Assembly (NCBI GenBank): GCA_002952755.1
Contig: CP025011.1
Span: forward strand, 300,001 to 332,000
Direction: 5' to 3'
Length of the DNA: 32,000 bases
Source: Candidatus Saccharimonadota bacterium
GTDB taxonomy: Bacteria > Patescibacteriota > Saccharimonadia > Saccharimonadales > UBA4665
This document shows, piece after piece, positions 8,933 through 16,828 of this stretch. Positions within the stretch are counted from its first letter, which is position 1. Every line of letters begins with the position of its first letter. The notes under the pieces were generated by a model. That model ran no database searches and had not been told where the DNA came from. It saw only the letters and a list, made by a program, of their open reading frames with translations. A program made the position numbers and the translations under genes.

Positions 8933-9667
8933 TTATAGTACTTTAATACCTTGGACGATAGCTTTGGCGTCGGCTAGCGCAGCGGCATCGTCCTGATGCG
9001 CAGTCTTTAACTGAGTTTGATAGCCGCTTAAGATACCGTGATCGTTATTGTAGTCGGTGGGCTCTAGCGTACGGATTTTTTGTTCAACACTGCCCGATAT
9101 AGCTTCAGCAGCCGACATCTTGGCTTCCATATCGTCGATTTTGGTCTGCAAATCAGTGACGTTTTTACCCTTGCTGGCAGCGTCGTTAATGCGGCTTTGC
9201 AGTTTGGCAACCAGGGTGGTGAGCTTGGCCTGTACTTCTTGCTGATAATCAGCGGTACTAATAAGCAGGATTTTAGGCGTGACGAGCGCGTAGACACGAT
9301 ATTCGGTAACCATACTCTGTACATCGCTGGCCGCACCCGCAATGGTGGTCTCGGCTGCCAGCTTGGTGCGTAAGGTAGTTAGGCCCGTGATTTCGGTGGT
9401 TACTTCGCCTGTTAAATCAGTCTTGTCGGCAGCAGTGAGCTTGGTGGTACTGGCAATTTTGGATGAGAGGGTGTCGAGCGATTTAAGCCTCCGGGCGATT
9501 TCCGTATCACCCTTCGTCTTGATATTGGTCAGACGTGTTGCTAGTTGATCGGTATTCGTGCTGACTGGAGTGGCTGCCGCGGATGCGCTGGCAGGTACGA
9601 GCAGTAGAGCGGGTAGCATAATGCTGCTGAATAAAGTGCGTAACATTCGTTGCAGGAATTGTTTCAT
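8933..9667 (-). CDS. Secreted alpha-helical/coiled-coil protein, function unknown
   Basis: Signal peptide (..LLLVPASASAAA|TP), then Thr/Ala/Lys-rich helical heptad-like sequence. An AAAGGA SD sits 12 nt after the stop of the upstream gene, suggesting an operon. Confidence 0.6.
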   Translation of the reverse strand: MKQFLQRMLRTLFSSIMLPALLLVPASASAAATPVSTNTDQLATRLTNIKTKGDTEIARRLKSLDTLSSKIASTTKLTAADKTDLTGEVTTEITGLTTLRTKLAAETTIAGAASDVQSMVTEYRVYALVTPKILLISTADYQQEVQAKLTTLVAKLQSRINDAASKGKNVTDLQTKIDDMEAKMSAAEAISGSVEQKIRTLEPTDYNNDHGILSGYQTQLKTAHQDDAAALADAKAIVQGIKVL

Positions 9668-9679
9668 ATGATTCGTCCT

Positions 9680-10102
9680 TTAGTTGGTGGGTACCTGAAT
9701 TTGATTTTGTTGGTCGGATACGCTGGTAGTAACCCCAGTCTGGTCTTGATCTCCTTTATTGATGCTCGTGGTGAGATCTTTCATATCCTGATCTAAGCTT
9801 GCATTGTCAGTACCCGAAGTCGGTGTGCCAGCGCTGCTATTTGCAGCGGAGGATCCTGCTGGTTGCTTGGCGGTCGAATGGCCATTGCCGCGCATGACAA
9901 CGTATAACACAACACCGAGTATGAGCAGCAAGCCGAGCACAATGCCTATCCACAATCCTGTCTTTTTCGACTTGTCAGGCGGTGCCCCGTAGGGTTTATA
10001 ATCTTGGCTTTTCAATGAAGGATCTGTCCCTAGAGAGGGCGGCGGGACATTCAGCCCGGTTGTTGGTGGTTGCTCTGTGGGGGAAATAGGAGTGTTTTCC
10101 AT
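9680..10102 (-). CDS. Single-pass membrane protein, Pro-rich N-terminus
   Basis: Pro-rich cytoplasmic head, one TM helix (LWIGIVLGLLLILGVVLYVV), and a Ser/Thr/Gln-rich tail. Confidence 0.55.
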   Translation of the reverse strand: MENTPISPTEQPPTTGLNVPPPSLGTDPSLKSQDYKPYGAPPDKSKKTGLWIGIVLGLLLILGVVLYVVMRGNGHSTAKQPAGSSAANSSAGTPTSGTDNASLDQDMKDLTTSINKGDQDQTGVTTSVSDQQNQIQVPTN

Positions 10103-10169
10103 GCTAATTGTTACCTTGTATTTTGTATGTTTTAGAAATATCTACCATATTATATGCTCTTTAAGCCTT

Positions 10170-10275
10170 AAAAAAGCAAACAGCCTAGAACTCATCTCAA
10201 AACCTCATTCCGGCTAAAAAGCAGGTTTTGAGATGAGTTCTAGTATTGATAGCATATGAACCTGGCTGTTTGCTT
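10170..10275 (-). terminator. Nested long-hairpin terminator downstream of the LUD gene
   Basis: Perfect 20-bp inverted repeat (10186-10205 / 10223-10242) nested within a 10-bp outer repeat (10176-10185 / 10264-10273). Read on the minus strand, the outer stem is followed by TTTTTT. Confidence 0.6.
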
Positions 10276-10320
10276 AAAGTGTGTACTATTGGCGCTTGTC
10301 GTTGACGCCTTTGAGGTCCG

Positions 10321-10935
10321 TTAGAATCCAAGCGTCTCTTTCACGATAACGATCTCAATCCTTCCCGGTGTCCCCTCTTTTTGAAAGATTGCGAGTTTGT
10401 TGATGCTGGTGTCACCGCCGTATGCTACTTTAGCCCGCGCATTTTCCAGTGGGAAGACATGTTGCTGAAGCCGGGCCATGGCGTCATTGATATCAGTAAC
10501 GATCTTTTGAGCACCAACGACCCAGATGACATGCCCGGCACCATAGGTGTAGGCGGGTAGCTGGCTGCCGGTATTGGAAGCGACCAACACTTTGCCGTCT
10601 TGCGTGAGGGCGTGGACGCTGCCGACAACGAAGTCGGGCGCAGTGGCAATCTTCCGGCGCTCGCGCGCCTTGCTTTCATCCCCCATAAGGGCATTTAGTT
10701 TTGGTCGAATGGCGTCGTAATCGCCAGATTTATCAATTGCCGACATTAGGCCAATATCCTGGGTCGTTTGTGAGGTGGCGGTAAATACTTCAGCACCTTT
10801 AGGCAGTGTGTCTAGTACGTATTGTTTAGCCGCTTCACCGTCGGCTACTACGGATATGCTAAAACCATTCATCTCCAGCGCTTTTTTCGTCTTCTCAATC
10901 ACTTCGTCGCTGGCAACTGTTGCGTAGGTATCCAT
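10321..10935 (-). CDS. LUD domain-containing protein (LutC/YkgG-like)
   Basis: 204-aa protein with LUD-type layout (..VFTATSQTTQDIGL.. , VGSVHALTQDGKVLVASNTGSQL, VIWVVGAQKIV). Strong AAAGGAGAAG SD. Confidence 0.6.
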   Translation of the reverse strand: MDTYATVASDEVIEKTKKALEMNGFSISVVADGEAAKQYVLDTLPKGAEVFTATSQTTQDIGLMSAIDKSGDYDAIRPKLNALMGDESKARERRKIATAPDFVVGSVHALTQDGKVLVASNTGSQLPAYTYGAGHVIWVVGAQKIVTDINDAMARLQQHVFPLENARAKVAYGGDTSINKLAIFQKEGTPGRIEIVIVKETLGF

Positions 10936-10954
10936 ACGTCTTCTCCTTTGCTAT

Positions 10955-11018
10955 ACTATACAAAGTATAGTTGTTGATGTATTTCACTATACAGCACTTC
11001 GTTGGACTATACAAAGTA
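10955..11018. promoter_or_regulatory. Candidate HxlR operator repeats in the divergent LUD/hxlR intergenic region
   Basis: Perfect 7-3-7 palindrome ACTATAC-AAA-GTATAGT at 10955-10971. ACTATACAAAGTA recurs at 11006-11018 and ACTATACA at 10986-10993. Confidence 0.45.
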
Positions 11019-11043
11019 AAGCGTTGTATTATTGTAGGAACAT

Positions 11044-11367
11044 ATGGAAGAACCAGATTCACCTGTTTGTGGCAATATCGCAGCCGGACTTAAGATTATT
11101 GGCGATAAGTGGTCCGGGTTTATTATTCGCGAGCTCATGAGTAGGCCGTGTCGTTTTAGTGAACTGGAGCAGCGGCTGCAGATTGGCCCACGCACACTGT
11201 CGCAGCGCTTGGATGATCTAGAAGAGCAGGGTATTTTGATTAAGCAGCAATTTGCTGAGGCGCCACCGCGGGTTGAATACTCACTGACGAAAAAAGGCGA
11301 AGATTTGTTGCCTATTTTGCAATCGATGGCTACTTGGGGCACGTTGTATCCGTCTGAAGTAAAATAG
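11044..11367 (+). CDS. HxlR-family transcriptional regulator
   Basis: C...A..IIGDKW...I.REL....RFSEL...L.I.PR.LSQRL..LE..GI......E.PPRVEYSLT.KG..L is the HxlR winged-helix signature. Confidence 0.85.
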   Translation: MEEPDSPVCGNIAAGLKIIGDKWSGFIIRELMSRPCRFSELEQRLQIGPRTLSQRLDDLEEQGILIKQQFAEAPPRVEYSLTKKGEDLLPILQSMATWGTLYPSEVK

Positions 11368-11387
11368 ATACTCTATTTTTGCGTTGC

Positions 11388-11491
11388 GGCGGCTATCGGG
11401 CTGTCACAAGTAGAGTCAGGCGTAGTGCAGCCAGACCGACTTTAGTCGGCCTGCGCGAAAACGCTCTACTTGTGGCAGCCCGATAGCCGCC
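11388..11491 (+). repeat. 104-nt rod-like inverted repeat (28-bp arms)
   Basis: The arms 11388-11415 and 11464-11491 are complementary at 27 of 28 positions. The exception (T11404 / G11474) is a G.U pair only in plus-strand RNA. An inner hairpin CCGAC/GTCGG sits in the loop. Neither strand has a flanking T-tract. Confidence 0.6.
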
Positions 11492-11502
11492 AGTAAAAAG
11501 GC

Positions 11503-12693
11503 TTGCAATGCCGGGGAACTGTGCTTATCCTCCGAGTCATGTGGGAATGTGCTGTCAAATTAGCGAGTAAGCATCGTAGTTTGATCCTTTTGCTTATAGT
11601 CGTGGTGGCGAGCTTTATGGTTGGCATGCGGCATGCGGCTGCCGACACACTTACTTATCCGTACGCTTCCAAGCCATGCATTTGGGCACCTTATGCCTCG
11701 AGCGGGAGTGGTACTGGCTGGTGTGCGGATTACGATTTTGGGGATGTGCCAAACGATGCCACTAATACAAACGTGCTGTCTCCCTACGGCTACTACTATC
11801 GGAACTGTACGGATTATACCGCCTGGAAGGTGAGCGCCCTCGGCGTTAGCCCAGAGCACTATAAAGGACTCGGTAATGCCAAGGATTGGGTGGCGCAGGC
11901 TCCAGCGCATGGCTTGGCAGTTGATAGCGTACCGGCGGTAGGCTCGGTAGGTGTTTCAACTACGGGCGTCTATGGGCATACTGCATTTGTGGAGGCAGTG
12001 AATCCTGACGGTTATCCGGCGGGCATTATCGAGGTAACGCAATTTAATTATGCTGGCGACGGCAATTATTCGGATGTTTTTGGCACGGCGGCTATGTTCG
12101 GGCTAAGCGGCTTCATCCATTTTGAGGTGTACGAAACGCCACTAGCTCCACCCCCAGCACCAGCTGCAGTGCCTATGCAGACGGCCGCAGCTCCGCCTGC
12201 TGATGCTGCGCCAACCGATCCCCTAATTACTACCCCTGTGGCCCCTACTGAGTTAGGCGCGCCACAAGACCCTCCACCTGCTGTTGCTGAGGGGCAGGAT
12301 GATATTACGCCACTGGCCGATACTCTAAAACAGGAACCCAGTACGCCAGACCCCGAGGAAACGACTGAGCCGCCTCCTGAGGTAGTAGATGATGCGCTCG
12401 CGACCCGTACTTCAGGGGTGCCAGCGCCCGATTCTGCTACTACTGAAGAAGCAATGCCACGGAAGTGGTGGCAAATGGCGACTTCTTCGCCGCCAACACA
12501 GACGCTTACAGTTGCTACTCCAGCCATCGCAGCGCAAGCGCAAGATCAGACGACAACAGAGGCAAGTCTTCCTGCAGTCGAAAATGCTGCCTATAGTCAA
12601 TCGTTCGCCTCGTGGCCGCTCGTAGGCTTAGCGGCCGCGGCAACCGTAGAAAAAATGATGTTACAGGAGTCCGCGAAAAATAAGCAGCATTGA
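11503..12693 (+). CDS. Secreted CHAP-domain protein (peptidoglycan amidase/peptidase type) with Pro/Ala/Thr-rich tail
   Basis: Signal/TM segment (SLILLLIVVVASFMVGMRHAAA), CHAP catalytic pattern (NCTDYTAWKV ... GHTAFVEAV), about 170 aa of P/A/T/E low-complexity sequence, and a short hydrophobic C-terminal segment. Confidence 0.7.
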   Translation: MQCRGTVLILRVMWECAVKLASKHRSLILLLIVVVASFMVGMRHAAADTLTYPYASKPCIWAPYASSGSGTGWCADYDFGDVPNDATNTNVLSPYGYYYRNCTDYTAWKVSALGVSPEHYKGLGNAKDWVAQAPAHGLAVDSVPAVGSVGVSTTGVYGHTAFVEAVNPDGYPAGIIEVTQFNYAGDGNYSDVFGTAAMFGLSGFIHFEVYETPLAPPPAPAAVPMQTAAAPPADAAPTDPLITTPVAPTELGAPQDPPPAVAEGQDDITPLADTLKQEPSTPDPEETTEPPPEVVDDALATRTSGVPAPDSATTEEAMPRKWWQMATSSPPTQTLTVATPAIAAQAQDQTTTEASLPAVENAAYSQSFASWPLVGLAAAATVEKMMLQESAKNKQH

Positions 12694-12737
12694 CACGCAA
12701 ATACGACGGATGTACCATAACTTAACAACGTTAAATT

Positions 12738-14333
12738 ATGAGTAACAATTCCGCCGCCAGAGAGAGCTTTGAAGTGCCGCGCATGAATCCACGCCAGATA
12801 TGGCTGGTTATCATCGGGCTGCTGCTTGCCATGTTTTTGGCCGTACTTGATCAGACGGTAGTTGGTACTGCACTGTACACTATCGTACGCGACCTCGACC
12901 CAGTGCACGGTCTGACTCATTTATCCTGGGTAATTACCTCGTACTTACTTACCTCTACCGCTAGCCAGCCATTGTATGGCAAGATTTCCGACCTGTATGG
13001 GCGCAAGAAGATATTTATGATTTCTATCTTGCTTTTCCTGTTCGGATCATTCCTCTGCGGCGCTTCGCAGAATCTGACGCAGCTGATTACATTTCGTGCT
13101 TTGCAGGGCTTGGGCGCAGGAGGTCTGATGAGCCTGGCTATGGCGATCATCGGTGATATGGTGGCACCGCGTGAGCGCGGAAGATATACTGGTTTATTCG
13201 GCCTGGTTTTTGGCGTGGGCAGTGTGATTGGTCCGCTTGTAGGCGGCTATCTCACTGATCCGCATCACGTCTTGGGGCTCACGACTAGCTGGCGCTGGGT
13301 GTTCTATATTAATCTGCCTGTCGGCCTGCTGGCTTTGGCTGTAATCGAAAAAGTACTGCATTTACCAAACCGTACCACCGAGCACAAGATCGATTACGCT
13401 GGTGCAGTCCTCATGGTTGCCGCCGCCTGCTCAATTTTGCTCTTTACGGCGTGGGGCGGACAACAATACGCTTGGGGCAGCGCGATGATTATTAGCCTTG
13501 GCATTGCCGCCGCCATATTAACAGCGCTATTTATATTGAGAGAATCGCGGGCCAAAGAGCCAATTCTTAATCTACACCTCTTTAAAAATCGTGTGGTGAA
13601 TGTTTCCATGCCGGTGTTGTTTGTGATAGGCGCCTCTTTATTTGGCTCACTCGTATACGTCTCGCTCTACTTCCAGATTGTAAATGGCCTCAGCCCCACA
13701 AATGCCGGGCTGCACCTGGTGCCGATGACGCTGGGCATGATTCCAGTATCGATGTTTGTCGGCCGCTATATTGCCAAACACGGGCGGTACAAGATATTTC
13801 CGATTATTGGTACAGGGCTGATTACGACGGCCATGCTCTTGCTGTCGCGTTTGCAGGTCGATACGAATTCGTGGAACATTAGCGCTTACCTATTCTTGCT
13901 CGGCATGGGGCTCGGCATGGTAATGCAGGTGATGACCATGGCAGTGCAAAATGCTATTCCTGTGCAGGAGATGGGGGCTGGCACGGCGGCAACCGGTTTC
14001 TTTCGGTCGCTTGGTGGCGCAATCGGTAGCGCGGCATTTGGCGCCCTTCTTACTGCACAGCTCGCGTATCATTTGAAGCTGTTGGGCGGCGGCGCGGGGA
14101 GTGCTATCAGCATGCGCGACGCAACAGCAATTCATCGTTTACCGCCCACCGCGCAGCATGCCATTTTTGAAGCATTTACTAAATCCACCAATGTGGTATT
14201 CCTGGCGGCTGCTGCCACCTGCTTCATTGGTTTTGTATGTACGCTCTTCCTGCCCGAGATGCGCTTACGCAGTCATCAGGACGACAGAGATATGCAGGTC
14301 GCTGGTAAAAGCCAAGCGACTGAGGCAGTATAG
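12738..14333 (+). CDS. MFS transporter, DHA2 (EmrB/QacA, 14-TMS) family
   Basis: [13 protein letters not shown]...I..DL, GK.SD.YGRK and the [10 protein letters not shown] motifs, in a 531-aa polytopic protein. ATG 12783 is an alternative start. Confidence 0.85.
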   Translation: MSNNSAARESFEVPRMNPRQIWLVIIGLLLAMFLAVLDQTVVGTALYTIVRDLDPVHGLTHLSWVITSYLLTSTASQPLYGKISDLYGRKKIFMISILLFLFGSFLCGASQNLTQLITFRALQGLGAGGLMSLAMAIIGDMVAPRERGRYTGLFGLVFGVGSVIGPLVGGYLTDPHHVLGLTTSWRWVFYINLPVGLLALAVIEKVLHLPNRTTEHKIDYAGAVLMVAAACSILLFTAWGGQQYAWGSAMIISLGIAAAILTALFILRESRAKEPILNLHLFKNRVVNVSMPVLFVIGASLFGSLVYVSLYFQIVNGLSPTNAGLHLVPMTLGMIPVSMFVGRYIAKHGRYKIFPIIGTGLITTAMLLLSRLQVDTNSWNISAYLFLLGMGLGMVMQVMTMAVQNAIPVQEMGAGTAATGFFRSLGGAIGSAAFGALLTAQLAYHLKLLGGGAGSAISMRDATAIHRLPPTAQHAIFEAFTKSTNVVFLAAAATCFIGFVCTLFLPEMRLRSHQDDRDMQVAGKSQATEAV

Positions 14334-14337
14334 ATGT

Positions 14338-15015
14338 ATGGAAGCGGCGTCTGCAGTGAAAGAGAGTGGACGCGCACGAAACCTGGAGCGTGACCGAATT
14401 GTCGCCGAAGCGCTAATGCTCATCGACGAGGTTGGCTTTGCCGGCCTGACGCTTCGAACATTGGCTACTCGTCTGAAGGTGAAAGCAGCGGCACTCTATT
14501 GGCACTTCGAAAATAAGCAAGATCTTATCGACGCCATGGCAGCCAGCATTGTACTCGACTCTTTTAAAACGACCGCCCCGGCTGGATCGAGTTGGCGCGA
14601 GTTATTCGCATGGGTGGCGCGTACCAATCGCAAGGCTTTGCTTTTGCATCGCGATGGTGCGCAGGTCATGGCCCATGCCAATATGCGCCAAACTAGCATG
14701 CTTGAAGGGTTAGAAGCATTCTTTGGCCGGCTGGCTGAGCAAGGATTTAGCGGCGAATTGGCCATGCAGGGAGTGTTTGTCGTTATTCGCTACACACTTG
14801 GGTGTGTGTTTGAGGAGCAGGCCGATCCTGCTATCCGCCAGCAGCGGATTGCTGAGCGCGCCAAACATTTAGAAACAAACGCTGGCCAGTATCCGCTCGT
14901 TGCCAAAACATTGGTGCCGCTCATCAAGAAACAGCAGCAAGATCCGGCCTTCATGTTCGAACAGGGATTGCAGATTATACTGGACGGCATTGGGCACTGT
15001 CTGGCTGTGGCATAG
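14338..15015 (+). CDS. TetR/AcrR-family transcriptional regulator
   Basis: HTH R..I...A..LIDEVGFAGLTLR.LA..L.VKAAALYWHF.NKQDL. ATG 14338 lies 4 nt after the MFS stop. The track's 14101 start would overlap the transporter by 230 nt and adds non-homologous sequence. Confidence 0.8.
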   Translation: MEAASAVKESGRARNLERDRIVAEALMLIDEVGFAGLTLRTLATRLKVKAAALYWHFENKQDLIDAMAASIVLDSFKTTAPAGSSWRELFAWVARTNRKALLLHRDGAQVMAHANMRQTSMLEGLEAFFGRLAEQGFSGELAMQGVFVVIRYTLGCVFEEQADPAIRQQRIAERAKHLETNAGQYPLVAKTLVPLIKKQQQDPAFMFEQGLQIILDGIGHCLAVA

Positions 15016-15088
15016 CTCTTTGTTGAGCACCAAGATTATCTGGTCTTTTGTAAAGTCATGCCTTTGGTGGCTGGCACCCGTTTAACGA

Positions 15089-15097
15089 TGATATAAT
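15089..15097 (+). promoter_or_regulatory. Extended -10 promoter (TGATATAAT) for tRNA-Val
   Basis: TGATATAAT ends 11 nt upstream of the tRNA 5' end. Confidence 0.45.
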
Positions 15098-15108
15098 TTA
15101 CCTGATCT

Positions 15109-15185
15109 GGGATTGTAGCTCAGCTGGCTAGAGCGCTTGATTCACATTCAAGAGGTCCACGGTTCAAGTCCGTGCAGTCCCACCA
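15109..15185 (+). tRNA. tRNA-Val (anticodon CAC), CCA encoded
   Basis: Manual cloverleaf: acceptor GGGATTG/CAGTCCC, D stem GCTC/GAGC, anticodon arm CTTGA-TTCACAT-TCAAG, T arm CACGG-TTCAAGT-CCGTG, then A-CCA. Confidence 0.93.
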
Positions 15186-15550
15186 TCGCCTCCATGTGGG
15201 CAATTTTTGAAACCATGCTTTTTGGGTAGGCAGGCTCCAGGCGTAATTAGCGTACGCCAAGAATTGGGATAAGGAAGTTAGCGCCCAGCCCCTCTATAGT
15301 ATTTCGATAACTTTAGGATCCAGGCAAGAGAGCGGTGGGTTACATCTACGAGTCCGCTATTTCGTGCACTTCCATGCTAAGGCGCTAATAGCAATACTTT
15401 TTGACACCGGACTCCCCGTTTGCGCAGCATGCTATTATTGGGTTTAAGGTAGCTATTTGATTCTGATTGAATTGCTACTTCTTATCAATGCGGCGGGAAG
15501 ATCTCCGGCATCCACCCACACCGCCAGTAACGCCGGGTGAGGATGTATAC

Positions 15551-15820
15551 ATGTCAAAAGAGGCAATCAACGGAGATGGAGCCGAGTTACGCATCGCTCG
15601 ACGCTTAGGAGTACCCGGTGAGCAGATGGATTGCAGCGAACCCACCGACCGTCCACGCGTATTCGAGCTCACATCTGGAGATTTTGCAATCATTGGTACG
15701 GAAGTGGGCGAACAACTGGTGTTGCCCGCGGATGGGGGCTGTTCTGACACGGAACGGATTGTCATGATACCCAGGGAGGCGCTACTCAGCGTGTTGCACG
15801 ATCTGCCAGACGACGTCTGA
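15551..15820 (+). CDS. Small acidic hypothetical protein
   Basis: ATG 15551 is preceded by GGTGAGGA. The 89-aa acidic product (MSKEAINGDGAEL...) reads more like a protein than the fully overlapping minus-strand ORF. In-frame upstream starts (15467, 15488) are possible. Confidence 0.4.
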   Translation: MSKEAINGDGAELRIARRLGVPGEQMDCSEPTDRPRVFELTSGDFAIIGTEVGEQLVLPADGGCSDTERIVMIPREALLSVLHDLPDDV

Positions 15821-16028
15821 CCCAGCCGCTCCCGTCTCACTGTCTAGTCGGCAAAGGGCACCAGTCTTCGTTTTTTATTTCAGCCCTTCTGCTACTACAT
15901 CACCATCCCGATCTCCAGCCGCCCACTGGAGCTCAGAGTTGCGTTCGGGCGATACCTCATGCGTGGGACTGTTGGGCAACTGTGTGACAACGGAGATTGC
16001 ACTGGCGCGCGAGCCAGCCGCTCAATAG

Positions 16029-16724
16029 CTACTGATAAGGGTGGAATGGCTGCTGGATTGCAACAGAGTTGCCAGTGGTTATACGCCCTTCCGCATATAC
16101 AGAACCTACCCAGCCTCTCGTATCTTCAGAGGCACTCTTCACCTCTTCACCCAGTGTTTTCAGATCTTTTCCTAGGTCTATACCGAGGTTGCCGAGTTCG
16201 GCCATCAGTGGTCCCGCGGGTTGACGACACGGTCGGTTGTACTCGGTTACCCGAACAAGTCCAGTGACGCCGTCCTGCTCATGGCTAAACGTCAGGATAC
16301 TGCCTGGCTGAAAAGTGCTATTTATATCAGCCATACCTCCGGACGCAGAGTCGAGTAGGATGTTAGCTGCAAATATACCTGCCATGAAGCGTCCGATAGG
16401 CATTTGGCTCCTATCTTCTATGCGCTGGATCGGTAGATCGAGGAGATATGCTGTCGTTATCATGTCGCCAGTTTCTACAATTGACACCTGTCTATCATTT
16501 CTTACCGTCCGACCAGCGAGATTTGATTCTGAATTTCGGACGATCCGAGTAGCGCCGTAGTGACGATCGAGGTAGGGACTAAACATGTCTCTGCCTCTAA
16601 GGCCCTGCATATCAAGCACTAGCTGATCTACTGGCGTAGTCGTCCAGTTAGCGCCTGCATCGCGCGGGCTGACAAGGTTAAGGCCTGTGACTAGTAAGCC
16701 CGTGTTTTCGATCGGTCTTCTCAT
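16029..16724 (-). CDS. MOSC domain-containing protein (probable)
   Basis: The C-terminal half shows a MOSC-like pattern (V.VTEYNRPCRQPA ... RGWVGSVYAEGRITTGNSV), comparable to the PC..L / GW..RV..G.V..GD layout of YiiM-type MOSC proteins. Confidence 0.5.
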   Translation of the reverse strand: MRRPIENTGLLVTGLNLVSPRDAGANWTTTPVDQLVLDMQGLRGRDMFSPYLDRHYGATRIVRNSESNLAGRTVRNDRQVSIVETGDMITTAYLLDLPIQRIEDRSQMPIGRFMAGIFAANILLDSASGGMADINSTFQPGSILTFSHEQDGVTGLVRVTEYNRPCRQPAGPLMAELGNLGIDLGKDLKTLGEEVKSASEDTRGWVGSVYAEGRITTGNSVAIQQPFHPYQ

Positions 16725-16828
16725 GCATTGATAGTAGAATATCGTGAACGTCTTATCAAGTTTGTGGCATGCAATGTATTAGTAATAAATTACATCCCCG
16801 GTTACGAGCCAATGGTACACTGGAAAGC

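Noticed and set aside
12066-12527. 153-aa Gly/Ala/Ser-rich minus-strand ORF, plus other small ORFs over 12389-12920
   Set aside because: It is the complement of the Pro/Ala/Thr-rich low-complexity tail of the CHAP protein. Such tracts stay open on both strands.
14101-14337. N-terminal 79-aa extension of the TetR ORF overlapping the MFS gene
   Set aside because: TetR homology begins just after Met 14338, which lies 4 nt after the transporter stop. The extension is out-of-frame read-through of the transporter's coding sequence.
15475-15840. 121-aa minus-strand ORF overlapping the small acidic plus-strand ORF
   Set aside because: Its composition is Ser/Arg/Gly-rich and it has no SD. The plus-strand ORF has a GGTGAGGA SD and more protein-like sequence. 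Neither is proven.
15896-15925. Possible echo of the tRNA-Val 3' flank (CACCATC..TCCA), which would suggest an att repeat
   Set aside because: Only 7 contiguous identical bases plus scattered matches, unlike the much longer tRNA-Gly duplicate. This is not distinguishable from chance.
15821-16022. CCAGCCGC occurring three times at roughly 95-nt spacing
   Set aside because: An 8-mer of GC-rich composition is too short, and the flanks do not align. This is probably chance.
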